DNA of 64,000 nt from Candidatus Poribacteria bacterium (GTDB taxonomy: Bacteria; Poribacteria; WGA-4E; WGA-3G): assembly GCA_965205025.1 (NCBI GenBank), contig CBDBFU010000028.1, forward strand, positions 128,001-192,000, read 5' to 3'. The position numbers and the translations under genes are program-made. Numbering within the stretch: position 1 is the first letter of the stretch; each line of letters starts with the position of its first letter. Of the stretch, positions 1-9,516 are shown piece after piece. The notes beneath the pieces were generated by a model. It searched no databases. It was not told the origin of the DNA and was given only the letters and a program-made list of their open reading frames with translations.

Positions 1-1
1 A

Positions 2-1141
2 TTCGATGGACCAACAGAAGGCTACCCTACATCTGTGGATTTTAATCCAGATGGGAGGATTATCGCATCCGGAGGAATGGATAATAAGGTTCATTTATGG
101 CATGCACCTACAGGTGAATACATTACAGCGTTTTCTGGTCACACATGGTATATCGTGAGTGTTGTGTTTAGTCCGGATGGAAAATCTATAGCAAGTGCTG
201 CAGAAGATGGTACAATACGATTTTGGGATGTAGAAACGGGGACACTGAAGAACTCACTCACTGGACACCACAATATCTATTCAGTTGCATTCTATCCGAA
301 TGGTACTCAATTAATAAGTGCTAATGAAGATGGAACACTAAATGTTTGGAGTATTAAATCCAGAAGTCTTGTGAGGAGCATTACAAGTGAATATGAGGAG
401 TTAAATAGAGTTGTTTTTAATGAAAATGGTGATATTATTGCTTGTGGTATTGAAGAAATCGTAATCATAAATAAAGATAATCCGGAACAACAGAGAGTAC
501 TCTCAAAAATTAAAAAAGGTCTTCGCAGTTTGGAAATTACATCAGATGGAAAAACCTATGCAGCTGTTCATGAAAACAAGAATATTTATCTATTGAATTC
601 AAAAACAGGCAAACTCAAGAATACACTATCTGGTCATACTGATTATATCTATAGTACTGCATTCAATCCCGATAATACTCTATTAGCAAGTTGTAGTTAT
701 GATAATACTGTCAGACTTTGGGATGTTGAAGCCGGAAAGCAAAAGAGGATTCTCATGGGACATAAAACACGGGTTAAGACCGTTACGTTTAGTCCTGACG
801 GGAAAACACTTGCAGGTGGAGATGGTGATAAGAACAGTGATAAGAACATATATCTGTGGGATATTAATACTGGTGAGATAAAGATAACACTTATCGGTCA
901 TTCGGAGTGGGTCTCCTGTTTAGCTTACAGTCCTAATGGTAATATAATCGCAAGTGCTGGTAGGGACAAGATAATCAATCTGTGGAATCCTATTACTGGG
1001 GAGAAACTTAAAACTCTTTCTGGACATACTGCTTGGATTAGAGATATTGCATTTAGTCCTGATGGTGGAATATTAGCAAGTACAGGTGATGATGGAACAG
1101 TACTTCTTTGGGAAATAAATTATTCAGAACTGATACCATAA
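2..1141 (+). CDS. WD40 beta-propeller protein, 5'-truncated by the window edge; paralogue of 1240..3945, probably also an ECF-WD40 fusion
   Basis: Frame open from the window start; repeated GH...WD/WE units; close match to the last ~380 aa of the next gene. Confidence 0.9.
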   Translation, partial: FDGPTEGYPTSVDFNPDGRIIASGGMDNKVHLWHAPTGEYITAFSGHTWYIVSVVFSPDGKSIASAAEDGTIRFWDVETGTLKNSLTGHHNIYSVAFYPNGTQLISANEDGTLNVWSIKSRSLVRSITSEYEELNRVVFNENGDIIACGIEEIVIINKDNPEQQRVLSKIKKGLRSLEITSDGKTYAAVHENKNIYLLNSKTGKLKNTLSGHTDYIYSTAFNPDNTLLASCSYDNTVRLWDVEAGKQKRILMGHKTRVKTVTFSPDGKTLAGGDGDKNSDKNIYLWDINTGEIKITLIGHSEWVSCLAYSPNGNIIASAGRDKIINLWNPITGEKLKTLSGHTAWIRDIAFSPDGGILASTGDDGTVLLWEINYSELIP

Positions 1142-1175
1142 GAACTATGAATCAACTGCACCTTTATGACACTCT

Positions 1176-1203
1176 TGCAACCCACCAATCACAAAAAAGC
1201 GTC
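1176..1203 (+). promoter_or_regulatory. Possible ECF-type promoter (TGCAACC-N17-CGTC)
   Basis: AAC and CGT motifs typical of ECF promoters, upstream of an ECF gene; short motif that could be chance. Confidence 0.3.
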
Positions 1204-1239
1204 ACCCAATTGTAACACCTATATTATGCCGAGGTAAAA

Positions 1240-3945
1240 ATGGAAGTAAACTATTCTAAACTAATCCAAAAGATCTTAGCTGGGGATGAAACTGCTTTTA
1301 CAGTATTAGTCCACAAATTCCAAAAAAGTATTCATGCACTCGCATGGAAGAAAATAGGGGATTATCAGATAGCCGAAGAGATAACTCAAGACACATTCCT
1401 AAAGGCATACAAAAAACTTGATACACTAAAGAATCCAGATCAATTCCCGGGTTGGTTATATGTAATTGCAAACCGACATTGTAATTCATGGTTAAGAAAC
1501 CAATCTAAAAGGAAACAATCCCTTGAAATCACTGATGAAATAATAGAAGAAACCTCATATTCAAAATATATTAGTGATGAAAAAGAATATGAAGCAATTG
1601 AGCACAGACGACATATAGTACAAAAACTTATGGAAAAACTACCTGAGAGTGAACGTACAGTTATGGTTCTTCACTATCTGGGAGAAATGAGTTGTGAAGC
1701 AATTAGCAGATTCTTAGGTGTATCACCGAACACTGTAAAAAGTAGACTTACCCGGGCAAGGAATCGTTTAAAGTATGAAGAAACACTATTTCAGGATACC
1801 TTTGGAAGTGTTCAACTATCTCATAATCTTTCTGAAACAATCAGTAAACAGATTGAGAAGATAAGCCATAATACACCTAACCATTTCAAACCTTTACCAT
1901 GGGGTATTGTCGCCACATCTACAATTATTATGATTCTGTTGTTTGGCATAGGTAATCAGCTCATCAGTCCATATCAGAATCCATATAATGTTGAAGCACA
2001 ATCTGAGTCGTCAATAGAGATTGTTGATGCTCCAAGAGTACAAGATATACTACCGCAGCCAAAGGTACAAAATCGAAATGGAAAGAATATTCAGGAAGGT
2101 CAAAATCAGAATGAAGGTTTATCGGAAGAGGGAGAAAACATGCAGAACGACTCCATAGATGATACTATGCAATGGAACTTACCCAAGGATGCAATAGCGC
2201 GTTTTGGTAAGGGTGGTATAAGAGATATATTGTATACGCCAGATGGATCAACGTTAGTTGTCGCAGGAAAAATTGGTCTTTGGCTTTACGATACATCCAC
2301 TTATGAAGTAATAGATATGATACCGTTAGAATCTACTGAATTTAATTGCTTAGCTTACAGTGCTGATGGAAATCTCTTTGCAGCAGGCGATAGGCTGGGA
2401 ACTATACATTTAACAAATAAAGAGACAGGGAATAAAACTGAGATAAATGCTCATACCAGTTGGGTGAATGGACTATCCTTCAATCCTGATGGTACAATCC
2501 TGGCAAGTGCTGGCCGTGACTTTATTATTCAACTTTGGGATGTTAAAACCGGTAAACATATAAAAACTCTCAAAGAAACGAAATCAGAAATTCAATGTAT
2601 TACCTTTAGTCCAGATGGCAACACTTTGGCAAGTGGAGAGGATAATGTTATTCGTTTCTTCGATATCCATAGTGGCAATGAAAAATCCCTTAATGCACAT
2701 TCCAGCTGGGTTGATGATTTATCTTACAGTCCTGATGGAAAATCAATACTTAGTATCAGTGATGATAACTCTATTTTTCTTTGGGATGTCAATACACATG
2801 AAAATATGATGATATTTGCTGGACCAGTTGAAGGTTATCTTACATCTGTGGATTTTAATCCAGATGGAAGGATTATAGCATCTGGAGGGATGGATAATAA
2901 GGTTCATTTATGGCATGGACCTACAGGTGAATACATTACAGCGTTTTCTGGTCACACATCATATATCACCAGTGTTGTGTTTAGTCCGGATGGAAAATCT
3001 GTAGCAAGTGCTGCAGAAGATGGTACAATACGATTTTGGGATGTAGAAACGGCGACACTGAAGAACTCACTCACTGGACACATAGACAATATCTATTCAG
3101 TTACATTCTTTCCCAATGGTACACAATTAATAAGTGGGAATGCTGATGGAACACTAAATGTTTGGAATATAAAATCCAAAAGTCTTGTGAAGAGCATTAC
3201 GAGTGATTATAAAGAGTTAGATAGAGTTATTTTTAATGAAAATGGTGATATTATTGCTTGTGGTACAGAAGAAATCGTAATCATAAATAAAGATAATCCG
3301 GAACAACAGAGAGTACTCTCAAAAATTAAAAAAGGTCTTCACAGTTTTGAAATTACATCAGATGGAAAAACCTATGCGACTGGTCATGAAGACAAGAATA
3401 TTTATCTCTGGGATTCAAAAACAGGTAAACTCAAGAATACACTATCTGGTCATACTGATTATGTCTATAGTACTGCATTCAATCCCGATAATACCCTATT
3501 AGCAAGTGGTAATGATGATAATACTGTCAGACTTTGGGATGTTGAATCTGGAAAGGAAAAGATGATTCTCACGGGACATACAAAAGGGGTTAAGACTGTT
3601 ACGTTTAGTCCTGACGGGAAAACACTTGCAAGTGGAGATGGTAATAAGAACATATTTCTTTGGGATATTAATACTGGTGAGAAAAAGATGACACTCATCG
3701 GTCATTCGGAGTGGGTGCACTGTTTAGCTTACAGTCCAAATGGTAATATACTCGCAAGTGCTGGTATTGACAAGGGAATCAATCTGTGGAATCCTATTAC
3801 TGGGGAAAAACTTAAAACGCTTTCTGGGCATACTGCTTGGATTAGAGATATTGCATTTAGTCCTGATGGTGGAATATTAGCAAGTACAGGTGATGATGGA
3901 ACAGTACTTCTTTGGGAAATAAATTATTCAGAACTGATACCATAA
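1240..3945 (+). CDS. ECF sigma-70 factor fused via one TM helix to WD40 repeats
   Basis: Sigma region 2 (AEEITQDTFLKAY, FPGWLYVIA) and region 4 (LPESERTV...LGVSPNTVKSRLTRAR); hydrophobic WGIVATSTIIMILLFGIG; about 14 WD40 repeats; GAGG RBS. Confidence 0.93.
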   Translation: MEVNYSKLIQKILAGDETAFTVLVHKFQKSIHALAWKKIGDYQIAEEITQDTFLKAYKKLDTLKNPDQFPGWLYVIANRHCNSWLRNQSKRKQSLEITDEIIEETSYSKYISDEKEYEAIEHRRHIVQKLMEKLPESERTVMVLHYLGEMSCEAISRFLGVSPNTVKSRLTRARNRLKYEETLFQDTFGSVQLSHNLSETISKQIEKISHNTPNHFKPLPWGIVATSTIIMILLFGIGNQLISPYQNPYNVEAQSESSIEIVDAPRVQDILPQPKVQNRNGKNIQEGQNQNEGLSEEGENMQNDSIDDTMQWNLPKDAIARFGKGGIRDILYTPDGSTLVVAGKIGLWLYDTSTYEVIDMIPLESTEFNCLAYSADGNLFAAGDRLGTIHLTNKETGNKTEINAHTSWVNGLSFNPDGTILASAGRDFIIQLWDVKTGKHIKTLKETKSEIQCITFSPDGNTLASGEDNVIRFFDIHSGNEKSLNAHSSWVDDLSYSPDGKSILSISDDNSIFLWDVNTHENMMIFAGPVEGYLTSVDFNPDGRIIASGGMDNKVHLWHGPTGEYITAFSGHTSYITSVVFSPDGKSVASAAEDGTIRFWDVETATLKNSLTGHIDNIYSVTFFPNGTQLISGNADGTLNVWNIKSKSLVKSITSDYKELDRVIFNENGDIIACGTEEIVIINKDNPEQQRVLSKIKKGLHSFEITSDGKTYATGHEDKNIYLWDSKTGKLKNTLSGHTDYVYSTAFNPDNTLLASGNDDNTVRLWDVESGKEKMILTGHTKGVKTVTFSPDGKTLASGDGNKNIFLWDINTGEKKMTLIGHSEWVHCLAYSPNGNILASAGIDKGINLWNPITGEKLKTLSGHTAWIRDIAFSPDGGILASTGDDGTVLLWEINYSELIP

Positions 3946-4047
3946 TCGCTACTTATACTTTCTAAATAAAAAAATAAATGAAGAAAACATAAACATCTAA
4001 CAACTAACACATATATATCACAATAACATAAAATAAATTAAATATAT

Positions 4048-4075
4048 TTGTCAAAATATAAAAAAATGTTATAAT
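4048..4075 (+). promoter_or_regulatory. Sigma70-like promoter
   Basis: TTGTCA-N16-TATAAT with TG extended -10. Confidence 0.4.
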
Positions 4076-4189
4076 ACTATATCGTTCACTAATCATAAAC
4101 TAATGCTAACACATTACTTGGAAGATACGAAATATTGTTTATGCCGTGAAAGTGTAACTATTTTCTAATTATTTAGGCTTCTAAACTTT

Positions 4190-4765
4190 ATGCCAAATTC
4201 AACTAAATCCACTATCTGGGAAATAGGAAAATCCATGTTAGAAGTACAACGAAAACATTCAGAATTATCACCTTATAAGCAGATACAGAGGAATATCAAT
4301 GCGAATTCAACCGAATATTTTTTTAGTTTTTCTAATTTTAAAATTTTACACCTATTAATCAAATCCTTTGTTATCCTAACCCCCAACAGGGTTTACGGTT
4401 CATTAAAAAATCATTTCTTAAAAAGCAACTCGAAAAACTCGAAAAACTTGAAAAACTCAAAAAACTTGAACATAGACCGACTTCAAACAAAACAGACTAT
4501 CATACACACCAGAAAACTACAGTGTATCTCATTACTACGAATCGTCCATACAGATATAATTCTCTTCATAGAATTCGGATTTCCCAGTCCGTTGGTTGAA
4601 AATATAGCAAATGGCACATACAAAGAATCCTCCAAATCTATGATTTATCGAATATATTCTAATACCATGTCAAAATGGAAACACAAAATATTTCACATTC
4701 AAACAATCCAAAATCAATGGATCAAAAGAAGAGTAAAAGATACAAAATTCAACCCAACTTTATAA
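4190..4765 (+). CDS. Hypothetical protein (doubtful ORFan)
   Basis: 191-aa A-rich ORF with internal 9-bp repeats (KNS/KNL); promoter upstream but no clear RBS or recognisable domain. Confidence 0.25.
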   Translation: MPNSTKSTIWEIGKSMLEVQRKHSELSPYKQIQRNINANSTEYFFSFSNFKILHLLIKSFVILTPNRVYGSLKNHFLKSNSKNSKNLKNSKNLNIDRLQTKQTIIHTRKLQCISLLRIVHTDIILFIEFGFPSPLVENIANGTYKESSKSMIYRIYSNTMSKWKHKIFHIQTIQNQWIKRRVKDTKFNPTL

Positions 4766-4815
4766 TTGGGGCAAATTCTTGTAACCTTAAAAAAGTGTCT
4801 CTAAACCCAGTTTAG

Positions 4816-4955
4816 TACTGACGGGAGAGGAGTTTTACCAATGTCACACCATGTGACAAAAAGTGTAACAATTATAAACATATAGAAAATATAAATATAA
4901 CTATTGTGAATATTAAAAACAGCAAATTTACAGTAAAATTACCCTCGGTTCAGTA
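4816..4955. repeat. Degenerate inverted-repeat-bracketed element
   Basis: TACTGACGGGAGAGGAGTTTTAC ... GTAAAATTACCCTCGGTTCAGTA imperfect IR around palindrome TGTCAC-N5-GTGACA. Confidence 0.4.
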
Positions 4956-5000
4956 TAATAAATGTGAAAAAAGAACACTATGATTCCGTAATATTCATGC

Positions 5001-5618
5001 CAAAAACTTTACACACCCCTTACGTTTGGGTATGTAAAATAATTGTCACTTTTACTTAACACCAATGAAATCTCAAATCCAATTTATCCAGTCTGAATTT
5101 CGAGATTTACAGCTTATTCTTCACTACTATAATTTTGACAATTCTATTTCAGGGTAACTGAGAATCTAATGATAAGTCTATTTTGTCGAGTTTTCTATAT
5201 CAAAAATACCGTACTCCAGCGGAGTACTATGTCTATAGAAAACAATATCGGAATAGTCTAGCACTCCAGCGGAGTGCTATGTGCCAATACACTGCGTATG
5301 AAAAACATATAAGTACTTAATACATACTTAAGTTATAGTGTAATTAACGTGTGTGATTCACGGAGAATTGGTCTACTTTAATTATAAACCCTTATAGAAT
5401 AAGGCTTCGTAAAATTGCTCCGTGAAGGTTTCCGTGAAAGTGTAAGCATTTCAAGACGACAAATATTAACAGTTTTTTACAATACACAGTATCCATAGAT
5501 CTAACATAACTGGGGTTGAGATGTATGCTAAAGAATGAAACTTGGGATAATCATTGGTATCCAGATGCAATAGCAGCATAATGTTTAGTGACAAAAACTT
5601 TACACACCCCTTACGTTT
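5001..5618. repeat. 27-bp perfect direct repeat pair
   Basis: CAAAAACTTTACACACCCCTTACGTTT at 5001-5027 and 5592-5618. Confidence 0.85.
5211..5282. repeat. REP-like palindrome doublet
   Basis: GTACTCCAGCGGAGTAC and GCACTCCAGCGGAGTGC, each followed by TATGT; TGTCTATAGAAAA tail shared with the 55929 family. Confidence 0.7.
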
Positions 5619-5625
5619 TATACAC

Positions 5626-5654
5626 TTGCAAATATTAACTTATGCTGCTATAAT
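5626..5654 (+). promoter_or_regulatory. Sigma70 promoter of ABC operon
   Basis: TTGCAA-N17-TATAAT with TG extended -10. Confidence 0.6.
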
Positions 5655-5732
5655 CGCAACAAAAATTCGTAAAATCCGTGCATTAGAATCTTATTTAATG
5701 TCCGGTACAGATCGAAAGGAGTAGTTATCTAA

Positions 5733-7046
5733 ATGAAACAGTTTTCCATAATTACTTTGCTTATTATATCAGTGGTGATGATATGTATTCCTTTCACTGC
5801 TGAAGCACAAGAGACCTTAACTATTGTTTGGGCAGAATGGGATCCTGCAAACTATTTGCAAGAGTTATCAAAGGATTTTACAGCAGAAACTGGAATAAAT
5901 GTTGATGTTGTACAGATACCGTGGGGTAATTTTCAGGATAAAGTTTTTACAGCATTTGTTGGTAAGAGTAAGTTATACGATATCGTAATTGGGGATAGCC
6001 AATGGCTTGGTAGAAATTCAGTTGGTGGCCATTATATTGATCTCACAGATTGGATCAATGATAACATTGATGTTGATAAGATCTACGGTCCTGCAATGAC
6101 CGCTTTTGCCGAATATCCGAAAGGTAGTAAAAAATACTGGGCACTACCAGCAGAGGTAGATGCAGCAGGATATGTGTATAGAAAAGATCTTTTTGAAGAT
6201 CCAAAAGAGATGAAAGCCTTTTCAGATAAGTATGGATATGACCTGGCACCCCCTAAGACATATTCACAACTACGTGATGTTGCCGAATTCTTTACACGTC
6301 CCGAACAAGATTTATATGGGATAGCGACATGGTACAGTAAAGAATACGATGGAATATCAATGGGATTCCAGCAAGTCATGTGGAGTTTTGGCGCTTCCTA
6401 TGGTGATTCAGAAAAATATAAAGTGGATGGTCATATCAATAGTAAGGATGCCGAAAAAGCTCTCGACTATTACACAGACTTGTTAAAATTTGCACCACCA
6501 GATGCCCCTAATTACTATTGGCAAGAAACGCTTAATGCCTATATTTCTGGAAAAGTGGCTATGGGAATGAACTACTTTGCATTCTTCCCAGGTGTTGTAA
6601 ATAAAGAAACCAATCCTATTTCTCATGACAAGAGTGGCTTCTTCATAGCTCCCGCAGGTCCAAAAGGACACTATATTAGTATTGGTGGACAAGGAATGTC
6701 CATTTCCGAATATTCTGAAAATAAGGATATTGCCAAACAATATATGAAATGGTTTATGCAGAAACCTGTACAGGAAAAATGGGCAAAACTGGGTGGTTTT
6801 ACACCTCACAAAGAAGTTCTTCAATCAGAGACATTTAAGACTGCAACACCATTTAATGAAGCATTTGCTGCAAGTTTCCCTTATCTCCGTGATTTCTGGG
6901 CTGTTCCAGAATATGCAGAGTTATTGGAAGTTTGTCAGACCAACTGGAGTGAAGCTATTTCAAAGATAAAGTCTGCTAAAGAAGCACTGAACACCATTGC
7001 CAGAAAACATGAAGAGATCTTCGAAGATGCGGGGTACTACGATTAG
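5733..7046 (+). CDS. Sugar ABC transporter substrate-binding protein (CUT1)
   Basis: Signal peptide; YRKDLFEDP and GKVAM SBP_bac_1 motifs; AGGAG RBS; adjacent permeases. Confidence 0.93.
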   Translation: MKQFSIITLLIISVVMICIPFTAEAQETLTIVWAEWDPANYLQELSKDFTAETGINVDVVQIPWGNFQDKVFTAFVGKSKLYDIVIGDSQWLGRNSVGGHYIDLTDWINDNIDVDKIYGPAMTAFAEYPKGSKKYWALPAEVDAAGYVYRKDLFEDPKEMKAFSDKYGYDLAPPKTYSQLRDVAEFFTRPEQDLYGIATWYSKEYDGISMGFQQVMWSFGASYGDSEKYKVDGHINSKDAEKALDYYTDLLKFAPPDAPNYYWQETLNAYISGKVAMGMNYFAFFPGVVNKETNPISHDKSGFFIAPAGPKGHYISIGGQGMSISEYSENKDIAKQYMKWFMQKPVQEKWAKLGGFTPHKEVLQSETFKTATPFNEAFAASFPYLRDFWAVPEYAELLEVCQTNWSEAISKIKSAKEALNTIARKHEEIFEDAGYYD

Positions 7047-7107
7047 AAGATATTAGAATAGCAGGCAATATGTACTTACTAAACGAAATAGGGTATAATC
7101 CGATAAT

Positions 7108-7139
7108 TAGGTAGGCGCGCTCTTCGCGCGCACTACCTA
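7108..7139 (+). other. Intercistronic GC-rich hairpin (mRNA stabiliser or REP-like)
   Basis: TAGGTAG-GCGCG...CGCGC-ACTACCTA between SBP and permease. Confidence 0.5.
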
Positions 7140-7161
7140 TGTTATTGCATAGATTGACTAT

Positions 7162-8064
7162 ATGCAGACCAACCGTTTTACTCGCGGAATGAGCGACTAC
7201 CAACTTAAGATGGCATTCATCATGCCTACGATGATATTGCTCATCTTAATGAATATCTTTCCTCTTCTCTGGTCGCTTTTTCTAAGTTTTCATCGTTATA
7301 AGGCTTCAATGCCTACAGCACCAAAGTATATAGGTGTTCGAAATTATACACGACTCCTCTCGGATCCAGAAGTATGGGGTTATTTTCGTACGACTGCATA
7401 TTTTGTTGTATTGGCTGTGACCGCACAATTTTTTATCGGTTTTGGACTTGCTCTTCTACTAAATCGTAAATTCCCTGCCAAAGGTTTTGTAACAACATTA
7501 CTCCTTCTTCCAATGATGTTGTCTCCAGTAGTAGTGGGTCTTTTCTGGCGATTTATACTGGCATCAGATAATTCTGGTATATTAAACTATTTTCTTGATA
7601 TATTTCTAAAATCACCTATACGATGGACAACGGATCCTAATATAGCAATGATAGCAGTTGTCATTGTTGATACATGGATGTGGTCACCATTTATGATGCT
7701 CATATCACTGGCAGGATTAAGTGCTGTACCAAAATCATTATATGAAGCAGCAGATGTTGACAGGGCATCTGGATGGTTCAAATTTAGAAGGATAACTTTA
7801 CCATTAGTTTCTCCTCTGCTACTCATTGCATTACTGTTTAGGACTATGGACGCATTTAAGATGTTTGATATTGTGTATGTATTGACACGTGAAGGGGGAC
7901 CAGGAACTGTAACTGAGACTGTTTCAATGAATCTTTATAAATTGGCATTTCGTAATTTCAACACTGGAAAAGCCTGTGCAATGGCTTATATTCTGCTTAT
8001 CATCATTGTCGCTCTGAGTAATATCTATGTGAAATACCTAAATAAAGTTAAGGCAGATGCATAA
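7162..8064 (+). CDS. Sugar ABC permease (MalF/UgpA-like)
   Basis: Six TM helices; EAA loop LYEAADVDRAS. Confidence 0.93.
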   Translation: MQTNRFTRGMSDYQLKMAFIMPTMILLILMNIFPLLWSLFLSFHRYKASMPTAPKYIGVRNYTRLLSDPEVWGYFRTTAYFVVLAVTAQFFIGFGLALLLNRKFPAKGFVTTLLLLPMMLSPVVVGLFWRFILASDNSGILNYFLDIFLKSPIRWTTDPNIAMIAVVIVDTWMWSPFMMLISLAGLSAVPKSLYEAADVDRASGWFKFRRITLPLVSPLLLIALLFRTMDAFKMFDIVYVLTREGGPGTVTETVSMNLYKLAFRNFNTGKACAMAYILLIIIVALSNIYVKYLNKVKADA

Positions 8065-8082
8065 CCAAAGGTCAACACTGGA

Positions 8083-9405
8083 ATGATCCCATCTATATTC
8101 TTCAATCTGTTTATAATTACTTACTTATTAGGAGTATTGTTTCTATTAATAATAATATACAAACAATACAATTCTGTCTGGAGAAAAATTGTCTTCTTCT
8201 CTATATTGATAGTTATCGGCATCATGGTAATTGTTTATATTATGCCAATATACTGGATTTTAGTCACATCGTTGAAATCGCCGGGAGATATAAATACCAA
8301 GATACCTAAGTTTTTCTTTAATATTTCCTTTGAAAATTATCGTAAACTCCTCCCTTCAGAAAATATGCCAATTGTTGGCTATTTTTTCATCATACAGGCT
8401 ATTTGTGGACTTTTTCTATTTTTATCGTTCTCTCTGATTAAACAACTTCAACAACGGGCAGGATTACTAAGAAAAACAGGTTTAGCTTGGAATATTCTGT
8501 TTATCATTACATGCTTATACGGATTCTATACCACTCAGACAATCTCCAGTCGAACACAAATTGATGTGCGTTATCACTTATTTACACTAATTATATGTAC
8601 TGTCATTATATATTTAATAGTTGTCCCTCGGAAAAAACAACAATCATTTGACACAACTACAAATATTGGCTTTCAAAATAAAAATAAAGAACGTTTCGCG
8701 TTTGTTACCCCAGTCATATTATCGATAATTGGTGTCTGTATTATCTTAGCTAATGGTGGTTCAAAGTATTTTTATCAACTTCTCAATAGCATAATTATCG
8801 GTGGTGGTAGTACTGTCCTTGCTGTTGGCTTAGGCACGTTTTCTGCCTATGCTTTTTCAAGGTTCAATATTGCAGGTAAAGATGATCTACTCTTCTTCAT
8901 CTTAAGTACAAGAATGCTGCCTCCTGTTGTAGTCGTAATTCCTATATATCTTATGTATAGTGCATTGGGGTTACGTGATACGCATTTCGGTTTAATTCTA
9001 CTATACACAACCTTTAATGTCTCGTTTGCAGTATGGTTGATGAAAGGGTTTATCGATGAGATACCTAAGGAATACGAAGATGCTGCCTTAGTGGACGGTT
9101 ATACAAGATTTCAAACTTTCATGAAGGTTGTCTTACCCCAATCCGTTACTGGAATTGCTGCTACAGCAGTTTTCTGCTTGATTACTGCATGGAACGAGTT
9201 TGCCTTTGCACTTGTACTCACAGAAACTGGTGGACGTGCTGTGACCGCACCACCCTCAATTACAAGTGCTACTGGTTCAGCAGGGATGGACTGGGGTAAA
9301 ATAGCAGCTTCAACCTTCGTATTTCTACTCCCTGTCGCTATATTCACATTCTTAATGCGGAATCATCTACTCCGCGGTGTCACTTTTGGTGCTGTAAAGA
9401 AATAA
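8083..9405 (+). CDS. Carbohydrate ABC permease (MalG-like) with extra TM insertion
   Basis: PIYWILVTSLK, EYEDAALVDG, AWNEF, LRGVTFGAVK. Confidence 0.92.
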   Translation: MIPSIFFNLFIITYLLGVLFLLIIIYKQYNSVWRKIVFFSILIVIGIMVIVYIMPIYWILVTSLKSPGDINTKIPKFFFNISFENYRKLLPSENMPIVGYFFIIQAICGLFLFLSFSLIKQLQQRAGLLRKTGLAWNILFIITCLYGFYTTQTISSRTQIDVRYHLFTLIICTVIIYLIVVPRKKQQSFDTTTNIGFQNKNKERFAFVTPVILSIIGVCIILANGGSKYFYQLLNSIIIGGGSTVLAVGLGTFSAYAFSRFNIAGKDDLLFFILSTRMLPPVVVVIPIYLMYSALGLRDTHFGLILLYTTFNVSFAVWLMKGFIDEIPKEYEDAALVDGYTRFQTFMKVVLPQSVTGIAATAVFCLITAWNEFAFALVLTETGGRAVTAPPSITSATGSAGMDWGKIAASTFVFLLPVAIFTFLMRNHLLRGVTFGAVKK

Positions 9406-9516
9406 GTTCTCTTACTTATAACTAACTTTGTAATCTTCAACAAACATATTTAATGCGATGCATATATCCCTGGTGTGTAAATATGCATCCAAAATTGGTT
9501 AAATTGGAGGAGACGG

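Noticed and set aside
1-3945. Diversity-generating retroelement (TR/VR pair)
   Set aside because: Differences are not adenine-specific, include indels, span over 1 kb of two open genes, and there is no reverse transcriptase in the window
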